From: Pseudomonadota bacterium
Lineage (GTDB): Bacteria; Campylobacterota; Campylobacteria; Campylobacterales; Sulfurimonadaceae
DNA length: 64,000 bases
Direction: 5' to 3'
Assembly: GCA_043797085.1 (NCBI GenBank)
Contig: JAZDQA010000007.1
Coordinates: 64,001 to 128,000 of the forward strand
The first letter of the stretch is position 1; each line of letters starts with the position of its first letter. Below, piece after piece: positions 51,981 to 62,237 of this stretch. Both the position numbers and the translations under genes were made by a program. The notes beneath the pieces were generated by a model. That model was not told the DNA's origin and did not search any database. It worked only from the letters and a program-made list of their open reading frames with translations.

Positions 51981-53501
51981 ATGACAGTAACAATCAATGA
52001 TCAATTTATCCCTTTTGAAAATGTAGCAAACGCTTCGTCGGTGTTGCTTGATAGCAGTGTTCTTTTTAGAGATAGAATCCGTGCGGCGGAAGCATTGCTG
52101 ATGAAAGAAATTAGCGACGGCAATCCGATTTATGGTGTAACCACGGGGTATGGCGATTCGGGGAAAAACTATTTAGTTTTGGAAGATGCCAAAACATTGC
52201 AAGTGAATTTGTACCGTTTTCATGGATGCGGCGTGGGAGAGATTCTTTCTGAAAAAGAGATTTTCAACATTGTTTTGGTTCGTTTGATTAGTATTTCCAA
52301 AGGCTTTTCAGGGGTGAGCGTAGAACTTTTGGAAGCCATGTTGAAATTTCTCGAATTGGGCATTTTACCGGCTATTCCTTCCAAAGGTTCTGTTGGGGCA
52401 TCGGGGGATTTGACACCGCTTTCGTATATCGCGGCAGCTCTTGCCGGAGAGCGAGAAGTGATTTATCGCTCCCAGCTTAGATCGACTGCTGAGGTATTGC
52501 AAGAATGCGGGATTGAGCCGTATGTATTCAAGCCTAAAGAAGCTCTGGCAATTATGAACGGTACGTCGGTAATGGCCGGAATTTTAGTGGTTCAAATTGA
52601 AAACTTCGAGCGACTTCTTTTGGGATTAGAGAGTTTTTCTGCGGGATTATTTGAAGCGATGGAAGCGGATACTACTGCATTGGAACCGTTCGTTCATCAG
52701 GTTAAACCGTTCGAGGGGCAAATCAAATGTGCTTCGAATTTGAGAGAAAAGCTCACCGGTGCGACGCAGGTACATACTCGTTTGACCCGTTATCAGAGCT
52801 TTTTTGACGCGGAGCATCATAACATCCAAGACCGTTATTCCATCCGCTGTATTCCTCAGATTTTGGGTGTTGCGTGGGACAATCTTGCGTTGGCAAAAAA
52901 ATGGGTTGAGACAGAGATTAACTCGGTAAGCGACAACCCGTTGATTAACTGCGATGAACAAATCATCTATACCGGATGTAATTTTTACGGCGGATACATG
53001 GCGCATTCAGCGGATACATTGAAAATTTGTTTGGCAAATATGGCGGATTTGTTGGACAAACAGTTTGCGGTTTTGGTGGACGATAAGTTTAACCGTGGAT
53101 TGGGTGAAAATCTTAAACTCTCTAAAGAACATTATCACCATGGGTTTAAAGCGATGCAAATCACTTTGAGTTCACTCAGTGCCGATGTTATGATGCGAAT
53201 GTTGCCCTCAAGTGCATTTTCACGCTCTACAGAGTCGATGAATCAGGACAAGGTAAGTATGGGAACCACGGGTGCGTTGGGACTCAAAGGGGGGATTGAT
53301 GAATTTGCCTCGATGCTCGCTATCGCCATGTTAGGAATAGCGCAAGCGATGGATATTCGAGGCGTTGAGAAGTTTTCTCCGTTCGCGCAAAACTTGTATA
53401 CCAAAATTCGAGCTATATCAGCACCATTGATTGAAGATCGTCGATTGGATGGAGACATTGTGACCCTTAAAGCCATGTTGCTTCGCGGAGAGTTGGTGTG
53501 A
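51981..53501 (+). CDS. MIO-dependent aromatic amino acid ammonia-lyase (HAL/PAL/TAL family)
   Basis: IYGVTTGYG, GSVGASGDL (ASG), QDRYSIRC, NQDKVSMG. Confidence 0.92.
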   Translation: MTVTINDQFIPFENVANASSVLLDSSVLFRDRIRAAEALLMKEISDGNPIYGVTTGYGDSGKNYLVLEDAKTLQVNLYRFHGCGVGEILSEKEIFNIVLVRLISISKGFSGVSVELLEAMLKFLELGILPAIPSKGSVGASGDLTPLSYIAAALAGEREVIYRSQLRSTAEVLQECGIEPYVFKPKEALAIMNGTSVMAGILVVQIENFERLLLGLESFSAGLFEAMEADTTALEPFVHQVKPFEGQIKCASNLREKLTGATQVHTRLTRYQSFFDAEHHNIQDRYSIRCIPQILGVAWDNLALAKKWVETEINSVSDNPLINCDEQIIYTGCNFYGGYMAHSADTLKICLANMADLLDKQFAVLVDDKFNRGLGENLKLSKEHYHHGFKAMQITLSSLSADVMMRMLPSSAFSRSTESMNQDKVSMGTTGALGLKGGIDEFASMLAIAMLGIAQAMDIRGVEKFSPFAQNLYTKIRAISAPLIEDRRLDGDIVTLKAMLLRGELV

Positions 53502-54190
53502 AGAAAGTCCTCATCACCGGTGGCACAGGTGCAATCGGTGAGGCCACTGTACGGATGTTTTCAGCCAATGGTTATTTTGTCTACATCCATTACCATAGCA
53601 ACAAAGAAAAAGCCGATGCGTTGGTTACAGAGTTAGGTAATGCGCAAAGTGTTGGGTTTGATATTGCTTCAGGTGAGAGTGTTCGCACCGCTTTGGAGGG
53701 AATATCGGTCGATGTATTGGTTAATAATGCCGGCAAAACGAAAGATAAACTTTTCTTTTGGATGGAAGATTCGGATTGGGATGATGTGATTCAAACCAAT
53801 CTCACAGGAACGTATTATGTGACCAAAGCACTGCTTCCTGCTATGCAAAAACAAAAATCAGGAGCTATTGTCAATGTCGCCTCCGTCGCCGGTGTGGTTG
53901 GGAATATAGGTCAAGCTAACTATGCTGCTTCAAAAGGGGGGATGATTGCGATGACCAAATCTCTTGCCCTTGAAGTGGCACGCTATAAAATCCGCGCTAA
54001 CTGTTTGGTTCCCGGATTTATCCACTCGGAGATGACAGCCGGATTCAATGAAAAAGATTTTGAAAAGATGATTCCCATGAAGCGGTTTGGCAAGCCTGAA
54101 GAAGTGGCAGAAGTGATTTTCTTTCTTGCGGACAAGGCATCATATATGACGGCAGAAGTGGTCAATATTTCGGGCGGGATGGTACGATAA
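53498..54190 (+). CDS. 3-oxoacyl-ACP reductase (cluster FabG-like)
   Basis: TGGTGAIG, NNAG, YAASK. Confidence 0.9.
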   Translation: MKKVLITGGTGAIGEATVRMFSANGYFVYIHYHSNKEKADALVTELGNAQSVGFDIASGESVRTALEGISVDVLVNNAGKTKDKLFFWMEDSDWDDVIQTNLTGTYYVTKALLPAMQKQKSGAIVNVASVAGVVGNIGQANYAASKGGMIAMTKSLALEVARYKIRANCLVPGFIHSEMTAGFNEKDFEKMIPMKRFGKPEEVAEVIFFLADKASYMTAEVVNISGGMVR

Positions 54191-55410
54191 TGAGAAGAGT
54201 TGTGATTACTGGAACGGGTTTTTATTCTCCAATCGGCGACAATATGGCAGATTTGCGCTCTTCATTGGAGCAAATGAAAAGCGGTATCCGTTTTATGGAT
54301 GAGTGGAGCGGTGTCAACGGGCTTGATGCTCGGATTGCGGGCGTTGTTCCTGTGAGTGATTTTAGTGAAATCCCGCGAGCCTATCGTCGTACTATGGATC
54401 GTGTAGCGATGATGTGTGCCCTTTCTCTCAAACGAGCGGTTGCCCAAAGTGGGTTAGACGCAGCACAAATTACCGCGCACAAAACAGGTATCTCATTTGG
54501 CTCTGCGATGGGTGGGTTGGAAACCTTGTTTGAATACGCGGAAGATGTTTCGCATAACAGCGGATTCGGTCGTCAAAATGCGACGGCTTTTTTACGTTTT
54601 ATGAGCCATACGGTCGCGGCAAATTTGGCAGTGATGTTCGGTGTTATCGGACGTAATATTCCGACGAGTTCGGCGTGTACCGCTTCTTCGCAAGCGATCG
54701 GTGCCGGATATGAGTCGATTAAATACGGCATGAGCGATGTGATGCTTGTGGGTGGCGGTGAAGGATTGCATTATGTCGAAGCAGGGATTTTTGACAGTAT
54801 GGGGGCAACCGCGATCGGGTACAACGATAACGCCCAAGCTGCATCACGCCCGTTTGATATTTCACGCTCAGGACTTATTGTTTCAGAAGGTTCTGGAGCA
54901 TTGGTGCTTGAAGAGTATGAGTATGCAAAGGCGCGTGGAGCGGTGATTTTGGGTGAAATCGTAGGATATGCTACGGGATGTGACGGGAGCCATATCACTC
55001 TCCCCTCAGAGCGCGGTATGGAGCAGGTGATGCGTGATGCGCTCGCCGATGCCAAGCTCAATCCTGAAGATATCGGTTACATCAATGCGCATGCAACGGC
55101 TACTCCCAAGGGAGATATTTTCGAATCGATTGCAGTCCATCATGTTTTTGGGCATAATACCCCTATTAGCAGTATCAAAGGCTATACGGGTCATATGTTC
55201 GGCGGAGGCGGAGCGTTTGAGAGTATCGTTTCGTTGATGGCACTTAATGAATCGTTTTTACCTGCCAATAAAAATTTGGAGACCGTTGATCCGGCATGTG
55301 CCCCTTTGGACTACATCCGTTCTCATCGAGAAACAAAGGTCAAAGCCGTTATGAATAATAATTTTGCATTCGGAGGAATCAATACCTCCATCATCATCAA
55401 AAAAATTTAA
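54190..55410 (+). CDS. Beta-ketoacyl-ACP synthase (KS1)
   Basis: SACT, HATAT and GHMFG give an intact Cys-His-His triad; NNFAFGG. Confidence 0.92.
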   Translation: MRRVVITGTGFYSPIGDNMADLRSSLEQMKSGIRFMDEWSGVNGLDARIAGVVPVSDFSEIPRAYRRTMDRVAMMCALSLKRAVAQSGLDAAQITAHKTGISFGSAMGGLETLFEYAEDVSHNSGFGRQNATAFLRFMSHTVAANLAVMFGVIGRNIPTSSACTASSQAIGAGYESIKYGMSDVMLVGGGEGLHYVEAGIFDSMGATAIGYNDNAQAASRPFDISRSGLIVSEGSGALVLEEYEYAKARGAVILGEIVGYATGCDGSHITLPSERGMEQVMRDALADAKLNPEDIGYINAHATATPKGDIFESIAVHHVFGHNTPISSIKGYTGHMFGGGGAFESIVSLMALNESFLPANKNLETVDPACAPLDYIRSHRETKVKAVMNNNFAFGGINTSIIIKKI

Positions 55411-55422
55411 AAGGGAGTCTAT

Positions 55423-55668
55423 ATGAGCAGTGAAGTATTTGAAAAAGTTCAAGAAATTATCGTAGAACAGTTTGAAAAAGAGCCTTCAGAGATTTCAATG
55501 GATAAATCACTTGTAGAGGATCTGGGGCTGGACAGCTTGGATATGTTTGATCTTATCTGTGCCTTAGAAAAAGAATACGGGTTTCATTTTGAACGCGAAA
55601 TGGGTTCATCGATAGAAACGGTGGGTGACATAGTAGGGCAATTGGAACGAAACATTAACAAAGAATGA
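55423..55668 (+). CDS. Acyl carrier protein
   Basis: DLGLDSLD phosphopantetheine motif; acidic. Confidence 0.9.
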   Translation: MSSEVFEKVQEIIVEQFEKEPSEISMDKSLVEDLGLDSLDMFDLICALEKEYGFHFEREMGSSIETVGDIVGQLERNINKE

Positions 55669-56909
55669 TTTTCACTCTTGGGTACATCCCCTTCGTTTTG
55701 ATCGCATATCATTATTTTGGCGTATCGATTGCCGGACTTTTACTCGCAGGAGCAGGCACTGCATTGTTCGCGGTATCGTGGATTACCCATCGACCTCTTA
55801 AAAATTTCGTTTCCCCTGTTATTGCGACTGTACTTGGAATCGGGGCTTATTTTTCAGGAAGTTTTACCGCACTTAAGCTTTACCCTTTGCTTCTTTCGCT
55901 CCTCTTTTTGACCTATTTTGTGGCTTCCGTTGTCACAAAACGGTATCCGCTTATAGCGTGGGTAGAAAAGTTTAAAAAACGCTCGCTTAACGAGCAAGAA
56001 TATCATGATGTTATTGTCTCGCATTGGTTTTGGATCGGGGTATTGGCGTTTAACAGTCTTATTCATCTTTATTTAGTGGTGAATAGTGATACGGTTGTTT
56101 GGGCTTTGTACTCTTTTGCAGGGTGGTATCTTTATTTTGGTCTTGCTCTGGCGCTTCAGCTTAGTTTTGCGCATCGAGAACAAATTTTTCAAGCGTTGCG
56201 AACTATTTGGGGATATGGACTTTTTGGCGGTGTGATCGTGATGGGATTTATCCCTGCAATCGTGGGATATTTCTATAATCGGCTAATGAAAAAACCAAAA
56301 CCCCATATTTTCTTTCAACGGGTCACTGCTGCGATGTTTCGATTATTTTTCCGTGGAGCACCGGGTGTCGGAAAAATTGAAATCATTGGCAGTTCAAATC
56401 GTAATTCTAATGTTACCACGTTGTATGTCGCCAGTCACGAATCGTGGCTCGATTACCCTCTGATGGGAGCGTACATTACGGATTTATATCACTTGACCAA
56501 TAAAAAAGATGCGTTTTCATGGAGTATCCGAGGGATTGCAAAACTTTTAGGGGTAATTGATGGAGCTGGCAATAATGCGCTTCATGCACTGTTGCAAAAA
56601 CTGCGAGAGGGAAGTAATGTATTGATCTTTCCTGAGGGCTCACGTGAGACGCAAGGGGCATTGCTGCCGTTTAAAAAAGGAGCTTTTTCACTTTCGATAG
56701 AATCGGGAGTAGCGATCGTTCCCGTTATCATTTCAGGTACACGGCTTTTAGTTCCCAAAGGGACGATTCATTGGCAAGATATAAAAAATAGCACGATTAC
56801 TATACAATTTTTAGAGCCGATAACTCCCGCTCAGGGAGAGAGTGCCGAGGCATTGAAGAACAGAGTTTGGGATGTTATGAGTGCGGCGCAAAAAAATCAT
56901 AATGGTTAA
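55665..56909 (+). CDS. Membrane protein fused to a PlsC-type acyltransferase
   Basis: N-terminal multi-TM region (LKLYP, WALY); C-terminal SHESWLD (HX4D) and IFPEGSR. Confidence 0.8.
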   Translation: MIFTLGYIPFVLIAYHYFGVSIAGLLLAGAGTALFAVSWITHRPLKNFVSPVIATVLGIGAYFSGSFTALKLYPLLLSLLFLTYFVASVVTKRYPLIAWVEKFKKRSLNEQEYHDVIVSHWFWIGVLAFNSLIHLYLVVNSDTVVWALYSFAGWYLYFGLALALQLSFAHREQIFQALRTIWGYGLFGGVIVMGFIPAIVGYFYNRLMKKPKPHIFFQRVTAAMFRLFFRGAPGVGKIEIIGSSNRNSNVTTLYVASHESWLDYPLMGAYITDLYHLTNKKDAFSWSIRGIAKLLGVIDGAGNNALHALLQKLREGSNVLIFPEGSRETQGALLPFKKGAFSLSIESGVAIVPVIISGTRLLVPKGTIHWQDIKNSTITIQFLEPITPAQGESAEALKNRVWDVMSAAQKNHNG

Positions 56910-57744
56910 ACCATTGATCAGGATGTTCTCTCACAACTTTTTCTAAAATATCAGCATACTCTTGGGCAGCTAGTGCAATCGCTTCTTCTTTGGGAGTTGC
57001 GGTGTCGTATGGGGTTAACCAGTAATAATAGGCGTTGTAGTGATAGTCAGATTCTCGTAACGAGAGAAGGGCAATAAGGGGAACCTTACGATTATAGGCA
57101 ACTTCAAACGGATTTTTATTCATAAGGATTTTTCTACTCAAAAAAGTGACGGGAATACTGCTGGATTGGCTTAAAAAGCGATCCGCCATCATGGCAACAA
57201 TCTCTCCGTTTTGAAACGCTTTTGCCACACGAATGGCAACGGCGATAGGTCCTTCTGAGAGGTCAATGACTCTCATCGTGTTAGCCGATTCACCTGCAAT
57301 AAATTTTCCAAAACCTTGAATACTCTCTTTGACTGCTTCTTGCATCACGATATTTATGGGGATATTTCGCTCCGATGGGAGAAGTCCGCACGTACTCCAA
57401 TCCCCCACATGGGAAAAAAGAAACAATACCCCTTTGTCGGCATCGGTCAGATACGGTTTTTCATTTTTGGCTTTGATGTGATAACGCTGGGTGAATTTTT
57501 TGCTTAAAAAACGATCGGCAAAAACAAGAGCAAACATAAAGAGATGCCGATAATAAATAAGGTAATTGAACTTTCCGGTACACAGAAGATAATATTCACG
57601 CAAATGACGTTTGATGGATGGGGTTGTGATGGAAAAATAGAGGACAACAAAAAAGAGGATAAAGCGTAATCCCACATAGCCAAAAAGGCGAAAAAAAAGA
57701 TAGACGATAAAAAGACCTGTTCCGCTACCTCGCTGTTTAATCAT
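56875..57744 (-). CDS. LpxL-like lysophospholipid acyltransferase
   Basis: QRGS N-terminus, SHVGDW, MMADR, HPDQWFNHYDF. Confidence 0.8.
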   Translation of the reverse strand: MIKQRGSGTGLFIVYLFFRLFGYVGLRFILFFVVLYFSITTPSIKRHLREYYLLCTGKFNYLIYYRHLFMFALVFADRFLSKKFTQRYHIKAKNEKPYLTDADKGVLFLFSHVGDWSTCGLLPSERNIPINIVMQEAVKESIQGFGKFIAGESANTMRVIDLSEGPIAVAIRVAKAFQNGEIVAMMADRFLSQSSSIPVTFLSRKILMNKNPFEVAYNRKVPLIALLSLRESDYHYNAYYYWLTPYDTATPKEEAIALAAQEYADILEKVVREHPDQWFNHYDFFAPHS

Positions 57745-57828
57745 CTTTAAGCCTTATTTTTTCGAGATTATAGCTTTTGGTGAGCTAAAATTGGATAAAA
57801 TAAGACTAATAAACATTAGGAAGTAATT

Positions 57829-58080
57829 ATGGTTGAATATACAACAGTAAAAGAACAATTAATCGAAGCATTGGGACTTGAGGATATGAGTGCGGATGAG
57901 ATTGAGGATGATGCCGCATTATTCGGTGAAGGACTGGGGCTTGATTCGGTTGATGCCATCGAATTAGTTATTTATCTGGATAATCAATATGGAATTAAGA
58001 TTGACAATGTGGGGCAATCCAAAGAAATTTTTGTCTCGATTCGTACGTTGACCGATTTTATTAATCAAAATAAAAAATAG
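57829..58080 (+). CDS. Acyl carrier protein
   Basis: LFGEGLGLDSVDAIEL. Confidence 0.9.
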   Translation: MVEYTTVKEQLIEALGLEDMSADEIEDDAALFGEGLGLDSVDAIELVIYLDNQYGIKIDNVGQSKEIFVSIRTLTDFINQNKK

Positions 58081-58793
58081 TGATTGTTGTCCGTACCGTT
58101 ACCAAATATTTTGGTGAAAAAGCAGCTTTAAATGGAATTTCATTTTCCGTTCCGCGAGGTTCCATTACAGGATTGATAGGGCGCAACGGTGCAGGAAAAA
58201 CAACGCTGATAGGGATATTGTGCGGTCTTATACGTCCTGATTCCGGTTCAATACAAATCGGTGGTATCGAACTTTTTGACAATATGAAACGTGCACGTGA
58301 AATGATTGGCTATGTACCTCAAAAAACGTCACTGTATCCTGAAATGACAGGGCGCGAAAACCTAAAGTATTTTGCTCTTATCCGAGGTCTTGGCGGGAAA
58401 AAACTGACAGATTCTATTCGTGAAGCCGTTACGGCAACTTCGTTGGAAGAGGTTTTGGATAGGCGTGTGTCTCATTACTCCGGCGGGATGCAAAAACGTC
58501 TTAACCTCGCCATTGGCTTATTGGGAAATCCTCCGTTGTTGTATTTGGATGAGCCTACGGTTGGGGTGGATAAGGAATCCCGTGAGATTATTTTGGAAAC
58601 ACTGTTGAAAATGTCTCATGAGAGGGGAACGACTATCTTGTATACGTCGCACTATTTGCAAGAGATTGAAAGAATTTGTGATAGATTGATTGTACTTGAC
58701 CACGGTGTCGTTGTGGCGAATGATGTGTCAGAAAATCTTTTGCGTGAGAGTGAAAGTTTAGAGCAGTATCTCGAAGAGAATATCCAAAAATGA
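58080..58793 (+). CDS. ABC transporter ATP-binding protein
   Basis: GRNGAGKTT, YSGGMQKR, LDEPT, SHY. Confidence 0.93.
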   Translation: MIVVRTVTKYFGEKAALNGISFSVPRGSITGLIGRNGAGKTTLIGILCGLIRPDSGSIQIGGIELFDNMKRAREMIGYVPQKTSLYPEMTGRENLKYFALIRGLGGKKLTDSIREAVTATSLEEVLDRRVSHYSGGMQKRLNLAIGLLGNPPLLYLDEPTVGVDKESREIILETLLKMSHERGTTILYTSHYLQEIERICDRLIVLDHGVVVANDVSENLLRESESLEQYLEENIQK

Positions 58794-59986
58794 AAAAATA
58801 TGCAGCAGGAATACTCAAAGAATTTTGGCTTTTAAAACGCGACATTCATGCACTAATGGTATTGTTTGTGATGCCGTCATTGTTTATCCTGATTATGAGT
58901 TTGGCAATGCGGGATGCGTTTTCTCAAAATTCTCAGATTCATTTCAAAGCGATAGTTGTATCTGAAGAAAACACGAGCGCATCCCGTGACTTTGTAACAC
59001 AGCTCAAAAAGATAAAAGGATTTGAGTGGAGCGAGGGAAAATCGACGCAAGTTCCTGCTTTGATGATGGAACACGATATTTTACTAGCGGTCATCGTTCG
59101 TACTGGATTTGACGAAGCAACCCATAAAAACCGTGCACAAGCTCCAAAACTAACCCTTCTTATCGCGCCTGAGGCAACGCCGGTTGCAAAGATATTATTT
59201 GAAACAGCAGTGGCAGGAACAGCGGCAAAAATCAACATGGTGAATCAAATGAGTTCCCTCAATCCATGGATGACGAGAGAAGAAAAAGAAGAAGCATTAG
59301 CGGATAAAGTGATGTTTGATGAGCATTTTTTACGCGGTAAAGACTCTACCGATGTTCGTCCTACGTCGGTTCAGCAAAGTGTCCCCGCATGGCTTATTTT
59401 TTCGATGTTTTTTATCATTATTCCCATCTCGAATACCTTTGTCAATGAGCGTCGTCTTGGGACATTGGCTCGGCTTGCGGTCATGAATGTGTCGATCGGA
59501 AATCTCCTCGTTTCCAAAATGATTCCCTATTTTGTCATCAATCAAATACAGTTTGTTGCCATGCTCATGGTGGGAATGTTTGTTGTCCCTCTATTTGGAG
59601 GGGATGCTTTGAGTATTGGGGATAATATAGGGGCATTGCTGGTGGTTTCATCCATTTTGAGTTTTGCCTCTATTTCGTATGCGCTTGCACTGGCATCGTT
59701 TGTTCGCACGACCGATCAGGCAGTGACCATAGGGGGAGTTTTGAATATCATCTTTGCAGCCATTGGCGGGATTATGGTGCCGTTGTTTGTAATGCCTGAT
59801 TTTATGCAGCAGTTGGCACTTCTCTCACCAATGTCATGGGGATTGGAGTCGTTTCTAGCCCTCTTTTTACACAATGCGCATGTGAGTGATATTTTACCTC
59901 CTTTGGGAGCGTTGATCCTTTTTGGAAGCATCTGTCTGGGGCTTGCCGGATGGAAATTAAATCGTGAATTGAAGGAGGCTCTATGA
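58790..59986 (+). CDS. ABC-2 type exporter permease
   Basis: KE...LKRD, QQSVPAW, ER..GTL.RL, GG..VP. Confidence 0.88.
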   Translation: MKKYAAGILKEFWLLKRDIHALMVLFVMPSLFILIMSLAMRDAFSQNSQIHFKAIVVSEENTSASRDFVTQLKKIKGFEWSEGKSTQVPALMMEHDILLAVIVRTGFDEATHKNRAQAPKLTLLIAPEATPVAKILFETAVAGTAAKINMVNQMSSLNPWMTREEKEEALADKVMFDEHFLRGKDSTDVRPTSVQQSVPAWLIFSMFFIIIPISNTFVNERRLGTLARLAVMNVSIGNLLVSKMIPYFVINQIQFVAMLMVGMFVVPLFGGDALSIGDNIGALLVVSSILSFASISYALALASFVRTTDQAVTIGGVLNIIFAAIGGIMVPLFVMPDFMQQLALLSPMSWGLESFLALFLHNAHVSDILPPLGALILFGSICLGLAGWKLNRELKEAL

Positions 59987-60249
59987 GAGGGTCGCAGGAT
60001 AATGAATTTAAAACAGCACTTAAAAAGCTGATTATTGAGGCATGTGACAAGGACGTTACACCCGAAGAGGTAAGCGATACGGAACCTATGTTTGGGGATT
60101 CTTCGGTGCTGGCACTGGATTCGATGGATGCGCTGCAGCTTTCGATGGAGATACAGAGAGTGCATGGGGTAGTATTGGCAGACAGCAAAGAACTGCGTCG
60201 CGTATTTACGTCGATTAATGCCCTTGCGGATTATATAAGACCTGCATAA
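59983..60249 (+). CDS. Acyl carrier protein
   Basis: LALDSMDALQL. Confidence 0.85.
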   Translation: MRGSQDNEFKTALKKLIIEACDKDVTPEEVSDTEPMFGDSSVLALDSMDALQLSMEIQRVHGVVLADSKELRRVFTSINALADYIRPA

Positions 60250-61392
60250 ATGAAGCCTTCTGTTTATGTCCGTGAAGCGGTTGCTTTTTGCTCTCTTGGA
60301 AATAGTTCAGAGGAGATAGCACACAATATTCACGGTAATGGTGCAGATGATTTTAAAGAATTCACCTTTGGGTCTGAACTCATTTCACGCGAATATCGAG
60401 GAATGAAAGATAAAAGAGTTACGGGTAACGATGATTTTTATGCCACACTGGAACAACTCTTAGCGCAGTTGACCTCTTCGATTTGCAGTGAAGAACTTTT
60501 AGAGTGCGCTCTTTTGATCGGCTCAACGTCCATGAGTATCCCCTGTTCTGAACCTCTTTTTAAATCCAATCCCAATGAAGTGATGCTGCCGTACATCGGT
60601 TACGGTGCTATCGGGGAGCGTTTAGCGCAAACGTTTGGATTGGGAGGAGAAATTGCCCTTTTTGCAACTGCGTGTACCTCGTCTGCCAATGCACTTTTGT
60701 ATGGACAAACGGGGATAAATGAGGGGAGATTCCAACGTGCAATCGTACTGGGATTTGATTTTTACAATGAACTGACAATGTCGGGATTTGAATCGTTCGG
60801 GCTTTTGAGCCGTGATGGTTGCCGTCCGTTTGATCGTGATCGCTCAGGAATGGTTTTAGGTGAGGGGTGTGGTGCGATTTTACTGGATACAATTCCCTCT
60901 TCTTATAAATCTCAGCTGATACTCGCAGGCGGAGCAAATCGCAGTGATACCTCCAGTCCTACGGCACACAACACGGACGGGATAATGGTTGCACAGACGA
61001 TTAACGATGCGCTTCACAATGCTGATGTATCCGTGAACGAAGTCAAGCTCATTAAGGCGCACGCGACGGGAAGTCAAACTAACGATGTAGCTGAGGGGAT
61101 TGGATTGCGACGAGTGTTTGACTCACTGCCTCCGATTGTGGCACTGAAATCCTCTTTGGGACATACGTTGGGAGGATGCGGCGTTATCGAACTCGCCGTT
61201 CTTTGGTTTTGTATGCGAGGCGGATTTGTTCCAAAAACAGTCGGATTTGAGATTGCCGATGAGGCTATGGGGATTTTACCTATGACGTCAGAGAAAACGG
61301 TGTCTGATGGGATGATTTTGTTGAACCATTTTGGATTTGGCGGTAACGGTGTGGTTTTGGTTGTTGAGAGTTTTAATGGAGAAAAATTGTGA
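60250..61392 (+). CDS. Beta-ketoacyl-ACP synthase (KS2)
   Basis: TACTSSAN, HATGS, GHTLG, FGFGG. Confidence 0.88.
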   Translation: MKPSVYVREAVAFCSLGNSSEEIAHNIHGNGADDFKEFTFGSELISREYRGMKDKRVTGNDDFYATLEQLLAQLTSSICSEELLECALLIGSTSMSIPCSEPLFKSNPNEVMLPYIGYGAIGERLAQTFGLGGEIALFATACTSSANALLYGQTGINEGRFQRAIVLGFDFYNELTMSGFESFGLLSRDGCRPFDRDRSGMVLGEGCGAILLDTIPSSYKSQLILAGGANRSDTSSPTAHNTDGIMVAQTINDALHNADVSVNEVKLIKAHATGSQTNDVAEGIGLRRVFDSLPPIVALKSSLGHTLGGCGVIELAVLWFCMRGGFVPKTVGFEIADEAMGILPMTSEKTVSDGMILLNHFGFGGNGVVLVVESFNGEKL

Positions 61393-62195
61393 AGCCGTTG
61401 TACATCGAAGCCGTTTCTTTATTACTCCAAGAGGTGAGTGAAGCCGATACGGAGCTAAAAAAAGAGCTTGAAAAAACATCTGGGCAGAAATTTCGCCGTG
61501 TGAACCATTTCGTCCTCTTGGCACTGGCAGGTGTTTTTAGACTTCCCAATCTTTCAAGTATTGACCCAAAATGTGCGCTCTATCTAGGAACGGCAAATGG
61601 GTGCGTGCGAGATGTGGTCAAAATGTTAGAGCAGATGTACCGAGATACATTGCTTCCGATGCCGTTTACGTTTATGGGAACATCGACAACTATGGCAGGA
61701 TTTCATATCGGCGCAACATTGGGATTGTCAGGATCTAATGTAACGGTGTCCAATCCGTATGGATCATTTGAACAGGCTTTGGGTATGGCGTGTACGCAGT
61801 TGGAGAGCGGCACATCAACGTCTGCATTGGTGGGCTGTGTCGATGAGGGGGTATTCCCTTTGGATGAATTTAAAAAAGTGACTCATAATGATGATGAGGT
61901 TGTATTCGAAGGGGGATGTTGGCTGAAACTCTCACTTCAGTGTGAAAATCCAGTGGCGGTGATTATTGCATTTGAATCTTTTAAGACACTCGCCGCAGTT
62001 GAAGAGTATTGTGAACAACAAGCATTGAATGAGCCGCTTACCGTGATACGAAACGGACAATCAGGTTATGTCGGCGCAATTGGCGGGATTGATTATGTTC
62101 GTGCGCTTCAAGAGCAGAGAAGCGGCAGGTTAGCACTGATTTCACAAACTGGATTAATGAGTTTTTCGGTGACACTAACTCGAATATTAGGGTAG
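61389..62195 (+). CDS. Chain-length-factor-like KS partner
   Basis: FRR, P..F, ALVGCVDE KS-like N-half with no recognisable catalytic triad; coupled to KS2. Confidence 0.65.
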   Translation: MKPLYIEAVSLLLQEVSEADTELKKELEKTSGQKFRRVNHFVLLALAGVFRLPNLSSIDPKCALYLGTANGCVRDVVKMLEQMYRDTLLPMPFTFMGTSTTMAGFHIGATLGLSGSNVTVSNPYGSFEQALGMACTQLESGTSTSALVGCVDEGVFPLDEFKKVTHNDDEVVFEGGCWLKLSLQCENPVAVIIAFESFKTLAAVEEYCEQQALNEPLTVIRNGQSGYVGAIGGIDYVRALQEQRSGRLALISQTGLMSFSVTLTRILG

Positions 62196-62237
62196 TTTGA
62201 TTATAATAAATAGAATTAAATCTCATAAAGGTATGAC

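Noticed and set aside
51981..53501. Calling the ammonia-lyase hutH
   Set aside because: No hut genes nearby, it sits in a PKS cluster, and it has FH rather than the SH typical of histidine-specific enzymes; substrate left open
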